Source: Gemmatimonadales bacterium
Lineage (GTDB): Bacteria; Gemmatimonadota; Gemmatimonadetes; Gemmatimonadales; GWC2-71-9
Length of the DNA stretch: 64,000 nt
NCBI GenBank assembly: GCA_038321865.1
Contig: JBBQFH010000009.1
Location: forward strand, 49,711-113,710
Direction: 5' to 3'
The notes beneath the pieces were generated by a model, which was not told the DNA's origin, ran no database searches, and saw nothing but the letters and a program-made list of their open reading frames with translations. Positions 18,564 to 29,072 of the stretch are shown here, in pieces. A program made the translations under genes and the position numbers. Positions within the stretch are counted from its first letter, which is position 1. Each line of letters begins with the position of its first letter.

Positions 18564-19673
18564 CTAGTGGATCCAGTGCGCGTACGTGGTTGTGCGGCGG
18601 AACGCATCCGGATGCTGCCGGAACCACGACATCACGAGCAGGATCTCGTCGATCGACTCCAGTGGAAGCGGGCCCGGCGGCGGCAGCGGCAGCGCGGCGA
18701 TGTCGGCTACGACACCCCGGAACGCTTCGTGCTCGATCGGCGTGACGGGGTAGGGATATGAGGCGCGAACGAGTCCCTGCTGGAGGATGTAGGCTCGATC
18801 GTCGCCGAAGTCGCCGGGATCGCGGTAGACGAAGGTCAGCAGATCCACGGCGCTCCGGGCGCGGCTGGTCGCGGCGAGCAGCCATTCGAGCTGCTCGAAT
18901 TTCTCTCGCCAGCGCGCCGCGAGCTCGAACTGCGCGTTTGCCGCGGCGTCGGTCATGGCGCGGACCACGCGGTCGAGCGGCTGGATGGTGCGCCCCTCCA
19001 GGAATGCCATCGCGGTTTCGACCCGCTGCGCGTACTCCCACTCCGCGATGAAGCCGGCACACGGTCCCGAGCAGAATCCGAACTCATGTCGGAGACAGGC
19101 GGCCTGTCGGGGCTGGCCGAAAAGATCTCCCTGCCCCGGAAACACGATCGGCATGGTCGGCGCGCAGTCGCGCAGCCCGAGCAGATCGTTGAGCGTTCGC
19201 ACCGCCTCGAGCGTCCGGCCCAGCGAGGGAAACGGCCCATAGCAGCGGAAGTCCTCCCGTGCCACGGCGCTTCCGGCGGTGACCCGGGAGGCCGGTCCAG
19301 CCGAGACCTTAATCAGCACCGACCGGCGCGTGCGATTGAGCTTGTAGTTGAAGTGCGGGCGGAGCTTGCGGATGTGGCGCAGCTCGCCGAGATAGGCGGC
19401 GAATTCACTCGGCGCATACTCCCAGCGGATATCGTGCGCCGCATGCAGAATGCGGGCGGCCTTGTCTTCGGGGTATTTCGCCCGGAAGTAGCACAGCAGG
19501 CGAGTGCGCAGGCGCTTGGCCTTGCCGACGTAGAGCACCTGGCCGGTATTGTCCACCATCTGATAGACACCCGGGCGGTTCTCGGCCAGCGCGCGGACCC
19601 GGTCGCGCAACTGGACGAGGTCGGCCGCCGGGAGGGGCAGCATCCGCGCGCGCGGCCGTTTCAGCTTTGGCAT
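18564..19673 (-). CDS. UvrC/Cho-like GIY-YIG endonuclease with UVR motif
   Basis: PGVYQM, LYVGKAKRLRTRL, YGPF, Cys cluster, MTDAAANAQFELAARWR; no C-terminal RNaseH/HhH part. Confidence 0.82.
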   Translation of the reverse strand: MPKLKRPRARMLPLPAADLVQLRDRVRALAENRPGVYQMVDNTGQVLYVGKAKRLRTRLLCYFRAKYPEDKAARILHAAHDIRWEYAPSEFAAYLGELRHIRKLRPHFNYKLNRTRRSVLIKVSAGPASRVTAGSAVAREDFRCYGPFPSLGRTLEAVRTLNDLLGLRDCAPTMPIVFPGQGDLFGQPRQAACLRHEFGFCSGPCAGFIAEWEYAQRVETAMAFLEGRTIQPLDRVVRAMTDAAANAQFELAARWREKFEQLEWLLAATSRARSAVDLLTFVYRDPGDFGDDRAYILQQGLVRASYPYPVTPIEHEAFRGVVADIAALPLPPPGPLPLESIDEILLVMSWFRQHPDAFRRTTTYAHWIH

Positions 19674-20485
19674 CGGTGGCAGAACACGGTGATCCGGGCG
19701 TCGATCGTGTGGGTACCGGTGAGGCGGGTGCCGCAGGTGACGCAGGGTTCGCCTTCGCGCCCGTACACCAGCAGCGAAAACTGGAACTCCCCGCGCTCCC
19801 CGGTGCCGGTCCGGTAGTCGCGGACGGTGGTGCCCTTCGATCGTATGGCGGTGTCGAGGATACGGCGTACCTCCCCGTGGAGCCGGTGGTACTCGCCCGG
19901 GCTGACGCTGTCCGCCGACCGCGAGGGGTCGATTCCGGCGGCAAAGAGCGCCTCGTTCGCATAGATGTTGCCCACTCCGACGACATACCGCTGATCCATC
20001 AGTACCTTCTTGATCGCTTGCCGCGACCGGCCCAGCGATGTGGCGAAGGCGTCGGCCGTGAAGCCCGGATCGAGCGGCTCGGGGCCGAGGGCGGTGTCGT
20101 ACGCCCGCCAGGCCTTGTCATCGAGCAGCAGAATCGTGCCGAGCCGGCGAACGTCGCGGTACACCAGCTCGCGTCCGTCGTCGAGCGGCGCCCGGAGCAC
20201 CGCGTACTTCGACTCGCCCGCCGTCAGGGGCCGGTCATGCACGATGAGCGAGCCGGTCATGCCGGGCTGGATCACCAGCCGGCCGGCGCTGGTTTCGATG
20301 ACGGCATGTTTCGCGCGCCGGCTGACGGTGCGGATCGCCGCACCGGTCAGGCGCCGGAGCAGGGTGCGCGCGGTGATACCGCGGAGTACGTCGTCGTGAG
20401 ACAGGGTGGGGCGTCCGATTCGGCGGCCGCTGAGCGCGGGCCGGATGTCGCGGACGATCGTTTCGACTTCGGGCAGCTCGGGCAT
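19661..20485 (-). CDS. mutM: Formamidopyrimidine-DNA glycosylase
   Basis: MPELPEVET, RRAK, GMTG, DVRRLG, LGPEPL, GVGNIYANE, C-terminal Zn finger. Confidence 0.96.
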   Translation of the reverse strand: MPELPEVETIVRDIRPALSGRRIGRPTLSHDDVLRGITARTLLRRLTGAAIRTVSRRAKHAVIETSAGRLVIQPGMTGSLIVHDRPLTAGESKYAVLRAPLDDGRELVYRDVRRLGTILLLDDKAWRAYDTALGPEPLDPGFTADAFATSLGRSRQAIKKVLMDQRYVVGVGNIYANEALFAAGIDPSRSADSVSPGEYHRLHGEVRRILDTAIRSKGTTVRDYRTGTGERGEFQFSLLVYGREGEPCVTCGTRLTGTHTIDARITVFCHRCQS

Positions 20486-20542
20486 GTCGTACCCGAATCC
20501 TAACCGAAAGGGTGGACCGGGTCGATAGGAGCGCGGCTCAGG

Positions 20543-21814
20543 TCATCGGCCGGCTTCGCGCCACCCGATGTCACGCCGGAAGGTTTTCCCGTCGAAACCG
20601 ATCACCTCCGCGGTCGCGGTACTCCGGGCCCGCGCCCCGGCGAAATCCGGCGCCACCGCAGTGACGTTGAGGACCCGGCCGCCGCTCACCCGGAGCGTGC
20701 CGTCGGCATCGAGCGTCGTCCCCGCGTGGAATACCATGACATCCTCGGGCAGCGTCTCGGGCAGCATGATCGCGGCTCCGCGTTCCGGCGCGTCCGGATA
20801 CCCGCGTGCGGCCAGGACCGTCGTGACGGCAAATCGTCCGGCGGGCGCCGTCAGTGGTGACGGGCGCTCACCGTTGGCGACGCGCTCGAGCGCGTCGGTG
20901 AGACCGGCCGACACTAGCGGCAGCACGACCTGTGTCTCGGGATCCCCCAGGCGGCAGTTGAACTCGATCACGCTCAGCTCGCCCGCGGCGTTCACCATCA
21001 GGCCGGCGTACAACACGCCGGTGAACCGGGCGTCGCGCCGGCGCATCTCCTCGAGCGTCGGACCCAGGATCGTCTCTTCTACCCGCTGGAGCAGGGCGGG
21101 AGTCGCCAGCGAGACCGGACCGTACGCGCCCATGCCGCCGGTATTCGGGCCGGTATCCCCTGCGCCGAGCCGCTTGTGATCCTGCGAGGCCGGCAGCAGC
21201 TCGACGTCCTGCCCGTCCGTGATCGCCAGCACCGACAGCTCCTCACCCGGGAGGAAAGCCTCGATCACCACTTCGCTGCCGGCCGTACCGAACTGCCCCT
21301 CCGTCAACATCGCGCGGACGACGCGCGCTGCGTCGCGCCTATTCTCGCAGACGACGGCGCCCTTGCCGGCCGCGAGGCCCGACGCCTTCACGACGAGGGG
21401 CTCATCCTGGCGGTCCACGAAGGCCAGCGCCGCCGCCAGCTCCGTGAACGCGCCGCTCGCCGCCGTCGGTACCCCCGCCGCCCGCATCACATCCTTCGAG
21501 AACGCCTTGGACGATTCGATCCGCGCGGCGGCCGCCGACGGGCCGAACACCGCGCGCCCTTCGGCGCGAAGCCGGTCCGCGAGGCCGAGGGCGAGCGGAA
21601 CTTCGGGGCCGATCACCGTCAGCGAGATGCCCAGCATGTCCGCCACGTCGGCCAGGCGGTCGAGATCGTCGGCGGCAATCGGCAGATTGGTGGCCAGGGC
21701 GGCAGTCCCGGGATTGCCGGGCGCGCAGTAGAGGTCGGCGTCCGGATTGTCGCGGCGGAGGGCCCAGCAGAGCGCATGCTCCCGCCCGCCTCCGCCGACG
21801 ACGAGAATTCTCAC
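20543..21814 (-). CDS. purD: Phosphoribosylamine-glycine ligase
   Basis: GGGGREHAL, APGNPG, GLAAGKG, QDHKR, GPNTGGMGAY, EFNCRLGDPETQ, GGRVL. Confidence 0.97.
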   Translation of the reverse strand: MRILVVGGGGREHALCWALRRDNPDADLYCAPGNPGTAALATNLPIAADDLDRLADVADMLGISLTVIGPEVPLALGLADRLRAEGRAVFGPSAAAARIESSKAFSKDVMRAAGVPTAASGAFTELAAALAFVDRQDEPLVVKASGLAAGKGAVVCENRRDAARVVRAMLTEGQFGTAGSEVVIEAFLPGEELSVLAITDGQDVELLPASQDHKRLGAGDTGPNTGGMGAYGPVSLATPALLQRVEETILGPTLEEMRRRDARFTGVLYAGLMVNAAGELSVIEFNCRLGDPETQVVLPLVSAGLTDALERVANGERPSPLTAPAGRFAVTTVLAARGYPDAPERGAAIMLPETLPEDVMVFHAGTTLDADGTLRVSGGRVLNVTAVAPDFAGARARSTATAEVIGFDGKTFRRDIGWREAGR

Positions 21815-22827
21815 TTCTTCGTGGCGCTCCGGAAGGCGTCGGCCGCGGCGCCGGCGGCACGACGCGCGGCACCCGCCACGTCGCGCGCGAGGTCACGCGC
21901 CTCGTCCTTGTAATACGATCCGGCCGCCGACATATCGTCGCGAAGCGGGCGTGCCCGGGCCTCGTCCCCGCGGCGCGTGTATTCACCGCGCATGATGCGA
22001 TCGTATTCGCCGCTGGTGACCCACCGCTGGAGCTCGGCGGCGCGCACCGTGTGCATCGGGTGGGTCAGCGCCAGCGTGTTGAGAATCTTGTACACGACGT
22101 CCAGGCCCTCCTTGCTCTCGGCGTACTCGTGGGCCTGGGCCATGAAGGCGTCAACGTTCATGCTGCCGTCGAACATGCTGCCGCGCCCGCCGCCCGCCAT
22201 CTTCATGTCGAGCCGCTGCGCCACGACGATGTCCTGATGCCCCAGGAGTCCGGCGCGATCGGACGATAGCTCGCTCTTCCGCGACCACTCGAGAAAGGCC
22301 AGCCGGACCGGCAGGAGCACGATGCCCGCGAGCAGCGGCAGGGCGCCAAGGCTGATGAGCGCCAGCACCGCGGCGATCGTGGTGTAGAGGGAGTGGCCGC
22401 TCATGACGTGGCCCAGCTCGTGGGCCAGCAGCACGCGCAGCTCGTCGTCGTCGAGCAGCTCCAGCGCGGCCGAGTGCAGGACGACGAACGGATCGTCTAC
22501 TCCGTAGGCCCCGGCGTTGAAGATCGGCGTCTGGGTGATGTAGAGCTCGGGGATGCGCTCCCAGTCGAAGGTGGTGCAGACCTCGACGTGCAACGTCCAG
22601 ATCTTGGGAAACTGGGTGGGTCCCACCCGAACGGCGTTGCCCTGAAAGAGCAGGCGGATGCCGCGTTCACCGCCGAGCACCGCGATCACCTTCCGGACGA
22701 CCTCGTCAAATCCCGGCACCGAGCGGAGCGCCTGGAGGGCCGCCCGGTCGGCGGGGTGCTCCCAGCTTACCGCCGCGATATCGGGGAATGTGCGGCGCGG
22801 GCGCGTCGCGGGAATCGAGTTGCTCAT
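21811..22827 (-). CDS. M48-family Zn metalloprotease
   Basis: WEHPADR, NAGAYG, HELGH, ELSSDRAG, THP. Confidence 0.9.
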   Translation of the reverse strand: MSNSIPATRPRRTFPDIAAVSWEHPADRAALQALRSVPGFDEVVRKVIAVLGGERGIRLLFQGNAVRVGPTQFPKIWTLHVEVCTTFDWERIPELYITQTPIFNAGAYGVDDPFVVLHSAALELLDDDELRVLLAHELGHVMSGHSLYTTIAAVLALISLGALPLLAGIVLLPVRLAFLEWSRKSELSSDRAGLLGHQDIVVAQRLDMKMAGGGRGSMFDGSMNVDAFMAQAHEYAESKEGLDVVYKILNTLALTHPMHTVRAAELQRWVTSGEYDRIMRGEYTRRGDEARARPLRDDMSAAGSYYKDEARDLARDVAGAARRAAGAAADAFRSATKK

Positions 22828-22858
22828 GGCGGACTCAGTGGTTGAGGACGGACCACCC

Positions 22859-22884
22859 TACGCGCCGGGCGGACCGATGTTTCA
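22859..22884 (-). promoter_or_regulatory. ECF (SigW-like) promoter upstream of M48 protease
   Basis: TGAAAC-N16-CGTA. Confidence 0.7.
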
Positions 22885-22896
22885 GGATGGCACGAG

Positions 22897-24069
22897 CTAT
22901 CCGGCGGCGTGGAAGGCCTGCTCGAGATCGGCGATCAGGTCGACCGGGTCCTCGATCCCGCAGCTGAGCCGGACGAGACTGTCGGTCAATCCCATCGCCT
23001 GGCGCATGGCCGGCGGAATCGAGGCATGGGTCATGGACGCCGGATGACCGATCAGACTCTCGACGCCGCCGAGCGACTCGGCCAGGGCGAACACCCGGGT
23101 GCCTTCCGCCACCTTCCGGGCCCGTGTCACGTCCCCCAGCTCGATCGAGATCATCCCGCCGAAGCCACGCATCTGCCGGGCGGCGAGTTCGTGTTGCGGG
23201 TGGGACGCCAGGCCCGGGTAATACACCCGCTCGACCACCTTCTGCTCGGTCAGCCACTTGGCGACGAGACGGCCGTTCGCATCGTGCTGCCGCATGCGCA
23301 GCGGCAGGGTCTTGGTTCCGCGGAGGGCCAGCCAGCAGTCCATGGGGCCCGGTACCGCCCCGGCGGCGTTCTGAATGAATCCCAGCCGCTCAGCCAGGTC
23401 GTCGCGGCTGGTCACCAGCATGCCGCCCACCATGTCACTGTGGCCGTTCAGGTACTTCGTGGTCGAATGCAGGACCAGGTCGGCCCCGAACCCGAGCGGC
23501 TGCTGGAAGCACGGTGTCGCGAACGTGTTATCCACCACGTACAGGTAGCCGTGGGCCTGGGTCAGGTCGCCGACCGCCGTCAGGTCCACCAGATTCATCA
23601 TCGGGTTGGTGGGCGTCTCGCAGAAGATCATGCGGGTTGCCGGAGTGATCGCCCGCTCGACGTTCCCCACGTCACGCATGTCCACGAAGCTGAACGTGAC
23701 TCCGTACTGGCTGTAGATCCGCTCCATCAGCCGGTGCGAACCGCCGTAGATGTTCTCGCCCGAAATCACGTGATCGCCGGTGCGCAGCAGCTTGAGCGTG
23801 GCATCCAGGGCGGCAAGTCCCGACCCGAACGCGAAGCCGTACGCCGCGCCCTCCAGGCTTGCCACGTTCCGCTCCAGCGCCTCCCGCGTCGGGTTCTGCG
23901 TCCGGGCGTACTCATATCCCTTGTGCCGCCCCAGCCCTTCCTGCACGTAGGTGGAAGTCTGGTAGATCGGGGTCATGACCGCACCGGATACCGGATCCGG
24001 CCGCTGGCCTGCGTGCACGGCGCGGGTGGCGAATCCGTAGGTGTCGTCGTCCGGGAGAATCTTCGTCAT
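22897..24069 (-). CDS. Cystathionine gamma-lyase/synthase (Cys/Met PLP enzyme)
   Basis: PIYQTST, YARTQNPTR, ETPTNP, VDNTF, HSTTKYLNGHSD, AESLGGVESL. Confidence 0.94.
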   Translation of the reverse strand: MTKILPDDDTYGFATRAVHAGQRPDPVSGAVMTPIYQTSTYVQEGLGRHKGYEYARTQNPTREALERNVASLEGAAYGFAFGSGLAALDATLKLLRTGDHVISGENIYGGSHRLMERIYSQYGVTFSFVDMRDVGNVERAITPATRMIFCETPTNPMMNLVDLTAVGDLTQAHGYLYVVDNTFATPCFQQPLGFGADLVLHSTTKYLNGHSDMVGGMLVTSRDDLAERLGFIQNAAGAVPGPMDCWLALRGTKTLPLRMRQHDANGRLVAKWLTEQKVVERVYYPGLASHPQHELAARQMRGFGGMISIELGDVTRARKVAEGTRVFALAESLGGVESLIGHPASMTHASIPPAMRQAMGLTDSLVRLSCGIEDPVDLIADLEQAFHAAG

Positions 24070-24166
24070 GTGCCCGAGTGGTAAGAGGTTGCAGAAGCGT
24101 AAGGTCGGCCGTGGGCCGCGGCAAGCGGCGGTTGATCATTGTGACCTCGCCGGGTAGCTTCGCAGG

Positions 24167-25216
24167 GTGACTTCTGCAGCTACGCTTCCGGTGGCGACCG
24201 CGCGGTGCCTGGTAGTGGATGACGACTCCAAGGTGCGGTCTGCCCTCGCGCGCGCCATCGAGGTTCACGGCCTGGCCTGCAGCCAGGCGGCCGGGGGGGC
24301 CGAGGCGCTCGAGTTGCTCCGGACCGAAGGCGAGTTTCCGATTTGTATTTCCGACATCCAGATGCCGGGGATGGATGGCGTCGATTTTCTGCGCGAGGCC
24401 GTGGCCCGGTATCCCGACATGGCCGTCATCATGCTCACCGGCGTCGCCGAGGTGACCACCGCCATCGAGTGTCTCCGAATCGGAGCCTTCGATTACATCT
24501 CGAAGCCCGCGCTCATCGGTGAGGTCCACGCACGCATCAGCAAGGCGCTGGAGAAGCGTGACCTGGTGTTGCAGAACCGGCTCTATCAGCAGACACTGGA
24601 AAGCCGGGTGAAGGAGCTCGACCGCCGCAACAAGCAGTCGCTCATCAACGGCGTCGAAATGCTGGTGTTCGCCCTGGAAGCGAAGGACGCATACACCAGC
24701 GGTCACTCGCTCCGGGTCAAGGAGTTCGCGGTACGGACCGCCGTGCAGCTGGGCTACACCGGCGAGCGGCTTGCCCAGATCGACCTCGGCAGCAAGCTGC
24801 ACGATATCGGCAAGATCGGCACCCGCGAGGCGGTTCTCAACAAGCCGGACACGCTCGATCACGACGAGTTCGAGCACATCAAGCTTCACACGGTGCTGGG
24901 TGAGCGGATCCTGCTGCCTTTCCTGAGCGAATCTCCCACCGTCCTCCACATCGTCCGCTCCCACCACGAGCGAATCGATGGAAGCGGCTTTCCCGATGGT
25001 CTGGCGGGTGACGCCATCCCCATGGAGGCGCGGATTGTGGCGGTCGCCGACGCCTACGATGCGATGACGACCAACCGGGCGTACCGCCCGTCGCGCGCCG
25101 CCTCCGCCGCGATGGAAGAGCTCTACGCCTGCGCCGGCACGCACTTCGACGCTGACGTGGTACAGGCGTTCGCGCGTGCCCATGCCGATCACGGCGTCCT
25201 GCCCGTGACCGTCTGA
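24167..25216 (+). CDS. Response regulator with REC and HD-GYP phosphodiesterase domains
   Basis: VVDDD, SDIQMPGMDG, KP; YTSGHS, LHDIGKIG, HHERIDGSGFPDGL, ADAYDAMT. Confidence 0.9.
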   Translation: MTSAATLPVATARCLVVDDDSKVRSALARAIEVHGLACSQAAGGAEALELLRTEGEFPICISDIQMPGMDGVDFLREAVARYPDMAVIMLTGVAEVTTAIECLRIGAFDYISKPALIGEVHARISKALEKRDLVLQNRLYQQTLESRVKELDRRNKQSLINGVEMLVFALEAKDAYTSGHSLRVKEFAVRTAVQLGYTGERLAQIDLGSKLHDIGKIGTREAVLNKPDTLDHDEFEHIKLHTVLGERILLPFLSESPTVLHIVRSHHERIDGSGFPDGLAGDAIPMEARIVAVADAYDAMTTNRAYRPSRAASAAMEELYACAGTHFDADVVQAFARAHADHGVLPVTV

Positions 25217-25241
25217 GCCCTCCTGCCTTCCGACTGGAATC

Positions 25242-26606
25242 ATGTCCGACACGTTGATGATCAGTGTATCCGGGATGCGGGGCCACGTCGGCAGCGACCT
25301 CACTCCCGAACTCGTGGCGCGTCACGCGGCGGCCCTCGGCGCGTGGGCGCGGGCCAACGGGAGGCCTCTGGTCGTGCTTGGCCGTGACGCGCGCACCAGC
25401 GGCCCCATGTTCGCCCACGCCGCCACCGCAGGCTTGATGTCGGTCGGTGCGGACGTGATCGAGCTCGGCGTCGTGCCGACGCCCACCGTGCAGCTGGCCG
25501 TGGAGCATCACCACGCGGGCGCGGGACTCATTCTGACGGCGAGCCACAACCCGATCGAGTGGAATGCGCTGAAATTCGTCGGCCCGGACGGCATCTTTCT
25601 CGATGCTAAGGCGGGCGCGGCGGTCCGCCGAATGGCGGAGGACGGTCCGCCGCGCGCGGGATGGGATGGCATCGGGCAGGTTCGGGAGGATCCGGATGCG
25701 ATCGCGCGTCACCTCGATCTGGTGCTGGCGCTGCCGGTGATCGATGTCGAGGCGATCCGTCGGCGGGCCTTTCATGTCGCGCTCGACTGCGTGCGCGGGG
25801 CCGGCGGTGGTACCATTCCCCAGCTGCTCGAGCGGCTTGGCTGCCGCATGACCGGCATCAATCTGGAAACCGACGGCCGCTTTCCTCGCGCGCCCGAGCC
25901 GATCCCGGAGAATCTCCACGCGCTGGGGCGGCTGGTGCGCGAGTCCGGGGCAGATATCGGACTGGCGGTGGATCCGGACGTGGACCGACTGGCAGTCGTC
26001 GACGAGACGGGTAGGGCAATCGGCGAAGACTACACCCTCGCGTTCGCGGTCCGGGCGGTGTTGGACGGGCGCACCGGGCCGGGCGGCGCACCCGCAGTCG
26101 TGGTGAACCTCTCGACCAGCCTGGTCGTCGAGGACGCGGCGCGGGATGGAGGGGCCCGGTTCATTCGAGCCGCGGTCGGCGAGGCCAACGTGGCCCGCGC
26201 CATACGGGACGAGGGTGCGATCATCGGCGGCGAAGGCAACGGCGGCGTGATGTACCCGGCACTTCACATTGGCCGCGATGCCCCGCTGGGGGTGGCCCTG
26301 ATATTGCACCAGCTCGCGCGTTCGGGCCGGACGGTATCGGAACTTGTGACCGCCGCGCCGCGCTACGTTATCGTCAAGGCGAAGGCGCCCCGCGGTCCGG
26401 CGCTGGATCCGCTGTATGACGGGCTCCGGGCTCGGTTTCCCGAGGCCGCCGCGGACGACCGGGACGGGCTCCGGCTGGCGTGGAACGACCGATGGCTGCA
26501 CGTGCGGCCGTCCGGCACCGAACCGATCGTTCGTTTCATCGCGGAGGCGCCCACGGCGCCGGACGCGGACGCACTGATCCAGGCAGGGCGTGAACTTCTG
26601 AGCTGA
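25242..26606 (+). CDS. glmM: Phosphoglucosamine mutase / phosphohexomutase
   Basis: GRDARTSG, TASHNP, DPDVDRL, GEGNGG, RPSGTEP; directly upstream of glmS. Confidence 0.87.
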   Translation: MSDTLMISVSGMRGHVGSDLTPELVARHAAALGAWARANGRPLVVLGRDARTSGPMFAHAATAGLMSVGADVIELGVVPTPTVQLAVEHHHAGAGLILTASHNPIEWNALKFVGPDGIFLDAKAGAAVRRMAEDGPPRAGWDGIGQVREDPDAIARHLDLVLALPVIDVEAIRRRAFHVALDCVRGAGGGTIPQLLERLGCRMTGINLETDGRFPRAPEPIPENLHALGRLVRESGADIGLAVDPDVDRLAVVDETGRAIGEDYTLAFAVRAVLDGRTGPGGAPAVVVNLSTSLVVEDAARDGGARFIRAAVGEANVARAIRDEGAIIGGEGNGGVMYPALHIGRDAPLGVALILHQLARSGRTVSELVTAAPRYVIVKAKAPRGPALDPLYDGLRARFPEAAADDRDGLRLAWNDRWLHVRPSGTEPIVRFIAEAPTAPDADALIQAGRELLS

Positions 26607-26620
26607 GGGCACCGCGATCG

Positions 26621-28447
26621 ATGTGTGGCATCGTCGGATACATTGGGCCGCGTCAGGCGGCGGGTCTGCTGATCGAGGGGCTTCGACGCCTCGAGTATCG
26701 CGGATACGACTCATCGGGCATCGCGGTAGTGAACGGCAAGGGCCTCAAGATCATGAAGGCGGCCGGCAAGCTCTCGGCCCTGGAGCAGCAGCTCGACGGA
26801 AAGATGCCGTCCGGCACCCTCGGCATCGGCCACACGCGCTGGGCCACGCACGGCGCGCCCACCACGCCCAACGCCCACCCGCACACCGACCAGTCCGGAC
26901 GCATCGCCGTCATCCACAATGGCATCATCGAGAACGCAGGTTCCATCCGGAAGGCGCTGGGGCAGCGCGGGCATACCTTCAAATCCGAAACCGACACCGA
27001 GGTGCTCGCGCACCTGATCGGTGAGCTGTATCAGGGCAACCTCGAGGAGGCGGTCGCGGCCGCCCTCCGGGACGTCGACGGGGCCTACGGACTGGCCATC
27101 ATCTGCCAGGACGAGCCGGGCGTTCTGGTGGCGGCGCGCAAGGGCTCCCCGCTGCTCGTCGGGGTCGGTGAGAACGAGTGGTTCGTGGCGTCTGACGCCT
27201 CGCCGCTGCTGCAGTACACGCGCTCGGTGGTGTATCTGGACGACGGCGAGATGGCCGTGCTTTCGCGCGACGGGTACCGGATCCGCAACCTCGAGACGAA
27301 CCGGATCGACAAGCCGGTCAACCAGATCGAGTGGGATCTGACCACGATCGAGCGCGGCGGATACGCTCACTTCATGCTCAAGGAGATCTGCGAACAGCCC
27401 GAAAGCGTGCGCAATACGCTCCGCGGCCACCTGCTCGAGGAGGAGGGCACGGCGCGTGTCACCGGCCTTAACCTCTCCGATGACGATCTCAAGAAGATCG
27501 AGCGCATCGTCATCACCGCGTGCGGCACGTCGTGGCACTCAGGGCTTATCGGCGAGTACATGCTGGAGGAGATGGCGCGGATTCCGGTCGAGGTCGAGTA
27601 CGCCTCGGAGTTTCGCTATCGCAACCCGGTGATCGATGACCGGACCCTCGTCATCGCCATCTCGCAGTCCGGCGAGACCGCTGACACGCTTGCCGCGATC
27701 CGCGAGGCCAAGCTGCGCGGTGCCCGGACGATCGGCCTGGTGAACGTGGTGGGTTCCACTATCGCGCGCGAGGTGGATGGTGGCATCTACCTGCATGCAG
27801 GTCCCGAGGTCGGCGTGGCCTCGACGAAGGCGTTCACCAGCCAGGTCGCGGCGCTGGCGCTCGTCACCCTCCGCATCGCGCGGCTTCGGAATCTGAGCAT
27901 CCTGCAGGGCCGCCAGTTCATCCAGGCCCTTCAGGCGCTGCCGGAACAGATCCAGAGCATTCTGGATCGTTCCGCAGACATGGAGAAGATCGCCGAACGC
28001 TTCACCGATTCGACGAATGCGCTGTACCTGGGCCGCGGCGTGAACTTCCCCGTGGCGCTCGAAGGTGCGCTCAAGATGAAGGAGATTTCCTACATCCACG
28101 CCGAGGGGTACCCTGCCGCCGAGATGAAACACGGCCCGATCGCCCTCATCGATGAGAACATGCCGGTCGTGTTCATCGCCCCACGCGATGCGGTGCATTC
28201 GAAGATCGTGTCGAACATCGAAGAGGTGAAGGCACGTGGCGGGAAGGTGATCGCGCTGATGACGGAGGGAGACGGCGAAATCGGGCGCCTGGCGGATGCC
28301 AACTTCACGATTCCGCAGACGCTGGACCTGCTCACGCCGATCCTCACCATCATTCCGCTGCAGTTGTTCTCGTACTACGTGGCGGTCCGCCGCGGCTGCA
28401 ACGTCGACCAGCCGCGGAACCTCGCCAAGTCGGTGACCGTCGAGTAG
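26621..28447 (+). CDS. glmS: Glutamine-fructose-6-phosphate transaminase
   Basis: MCGIVG, LEYRGYDS, HTRWATHG, SQSGET, EMKHGP, PRNLAKSVTVE. Confidence 0.98.
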   Translation: MCGIVGYIGPRQAAGLLIEGLRRLEYRGYDSSGIAVVNGKGLKIMKAAGKLSALEQQLDGKMPSGTLGIGHTRWATHGAPTTPNAHPHTDQSGRIAVIHNGIIENAGSIRKALGQRGHTFKSETDTEVLAHLIGELYQGNLEEAVAAALRDVDGAYGLAIICQDEPGVLVAARKGSPLLVGVGENEWFVASDASPLLQYTRSVVYLDDGEMAVLSRDGYRIRNLETNRIDKPVNQIEWDLTTIERGGYAHFMLKEICEQPESVRNTLRGHLLEEEGTARVTGLNLSDDDLKKIERIVITACGTSWHSGLIGEYMLEEMARIPVEVEYASEFRYRNPVIDDRTLVIAISQSGETADTLAAIREAKLRGARTIGLVNVVGSTIAREVDGGIYLHAGPEVGVASTKAFTSQVAALALVTLRIARLRNLSILQGRQFIQALQALPEQIQSILDRSADMEKIAERFTDSTNALYLGRGVNFPVALEGALKMKEISYIHAEGYPAAEMKHGPIALIDENMPVVFIAPRDAVHSKIVSNIEEVKARGGKVIALMTEGDGEIGRLADANFTIPQTLDLLTPILTIIPLQLFSYYVAVRRGCNVDQPRNLAKSVTVE

Positions 28448-28460
28448 TGCGAGTCTTCAG

Positions 28461-29033
28461 GTGACGATTCCGACTCCGCCGCCGCTTCGCGCCGTGACCT
28501 GCGCCTGCCTCACGTCGGCGGGGTGGCTGCGAGGAAGCTTCCATCTGCCGCTGCAGCAGAGCTTCGGCGACTATCTCCAGAACAGCGGCGCCTTTCTGCC
28601 GATGACGGGGGTAATGCTGCCGGGAGAGACGACCGAGCGGCCGTTCTTCGCCGTGCACCGCGATGACATCCGGCTCGCCGCCCCCGATCCCGCCGAGGCG
28701 AACATCGAGACGCTACCGGGCGGTACCTTCACCTCGCCGTGGAGCGTCTCCTGCCTGCTGTCCGAGGGCATGCTCGAGGGCCAGATCGACTTCCTCACCA
28801 ACCAGCGGCTGTCCGACTTCCTGCGCGCCTCGCGCGGCTACATCGTCGTGCGTGAGGCGCGCTGGGAGTCGATCGGCACCGTTGGGGTGGACGCCGGCCT
28901 GCCCGGGGACGGGTGGGCCGTCGTGCTCGTGAGCATTCCGCGGCTCGTCGGCATCGCCGAGGCAACGACCCAGCGCGGCCACGGCCATCCCGGGCGCTAC
29001 AACACCAGGGCCGAGGACTACGAGGTCGGCTAG
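28461..29033 (+). CDS. Hypothetical protein with internal domain duplication
   Basis: Operonic after glmS; two similar halves. Confidence 0.65.
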   Translation: MTIPTPPPLRAVTCACLTSAGWLRGSFHLPLQQSFGDYLQNSGAFLPMTGVMLPGETTERPFFAVHRDDIRLAAPDPAEANIETLPGGTFTSPWSVSCLLSEGMLEGQIDFLTNQRLSDFLRASRGYIVVREARWESIGTVGVDAGLPGDGWAVVLVSIPRLVGIAEATTQRGHGHPGRYNTRAEDYEVG

Positions 29034-29072
29034 ATCACCGCGCGGGGGGCCCGGACGACGGTAGACTGTGCC

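Noticed and set aside
26607..26620. glmS ribozyme
   Set aside because: Only 14 nt separate glmM and glmS
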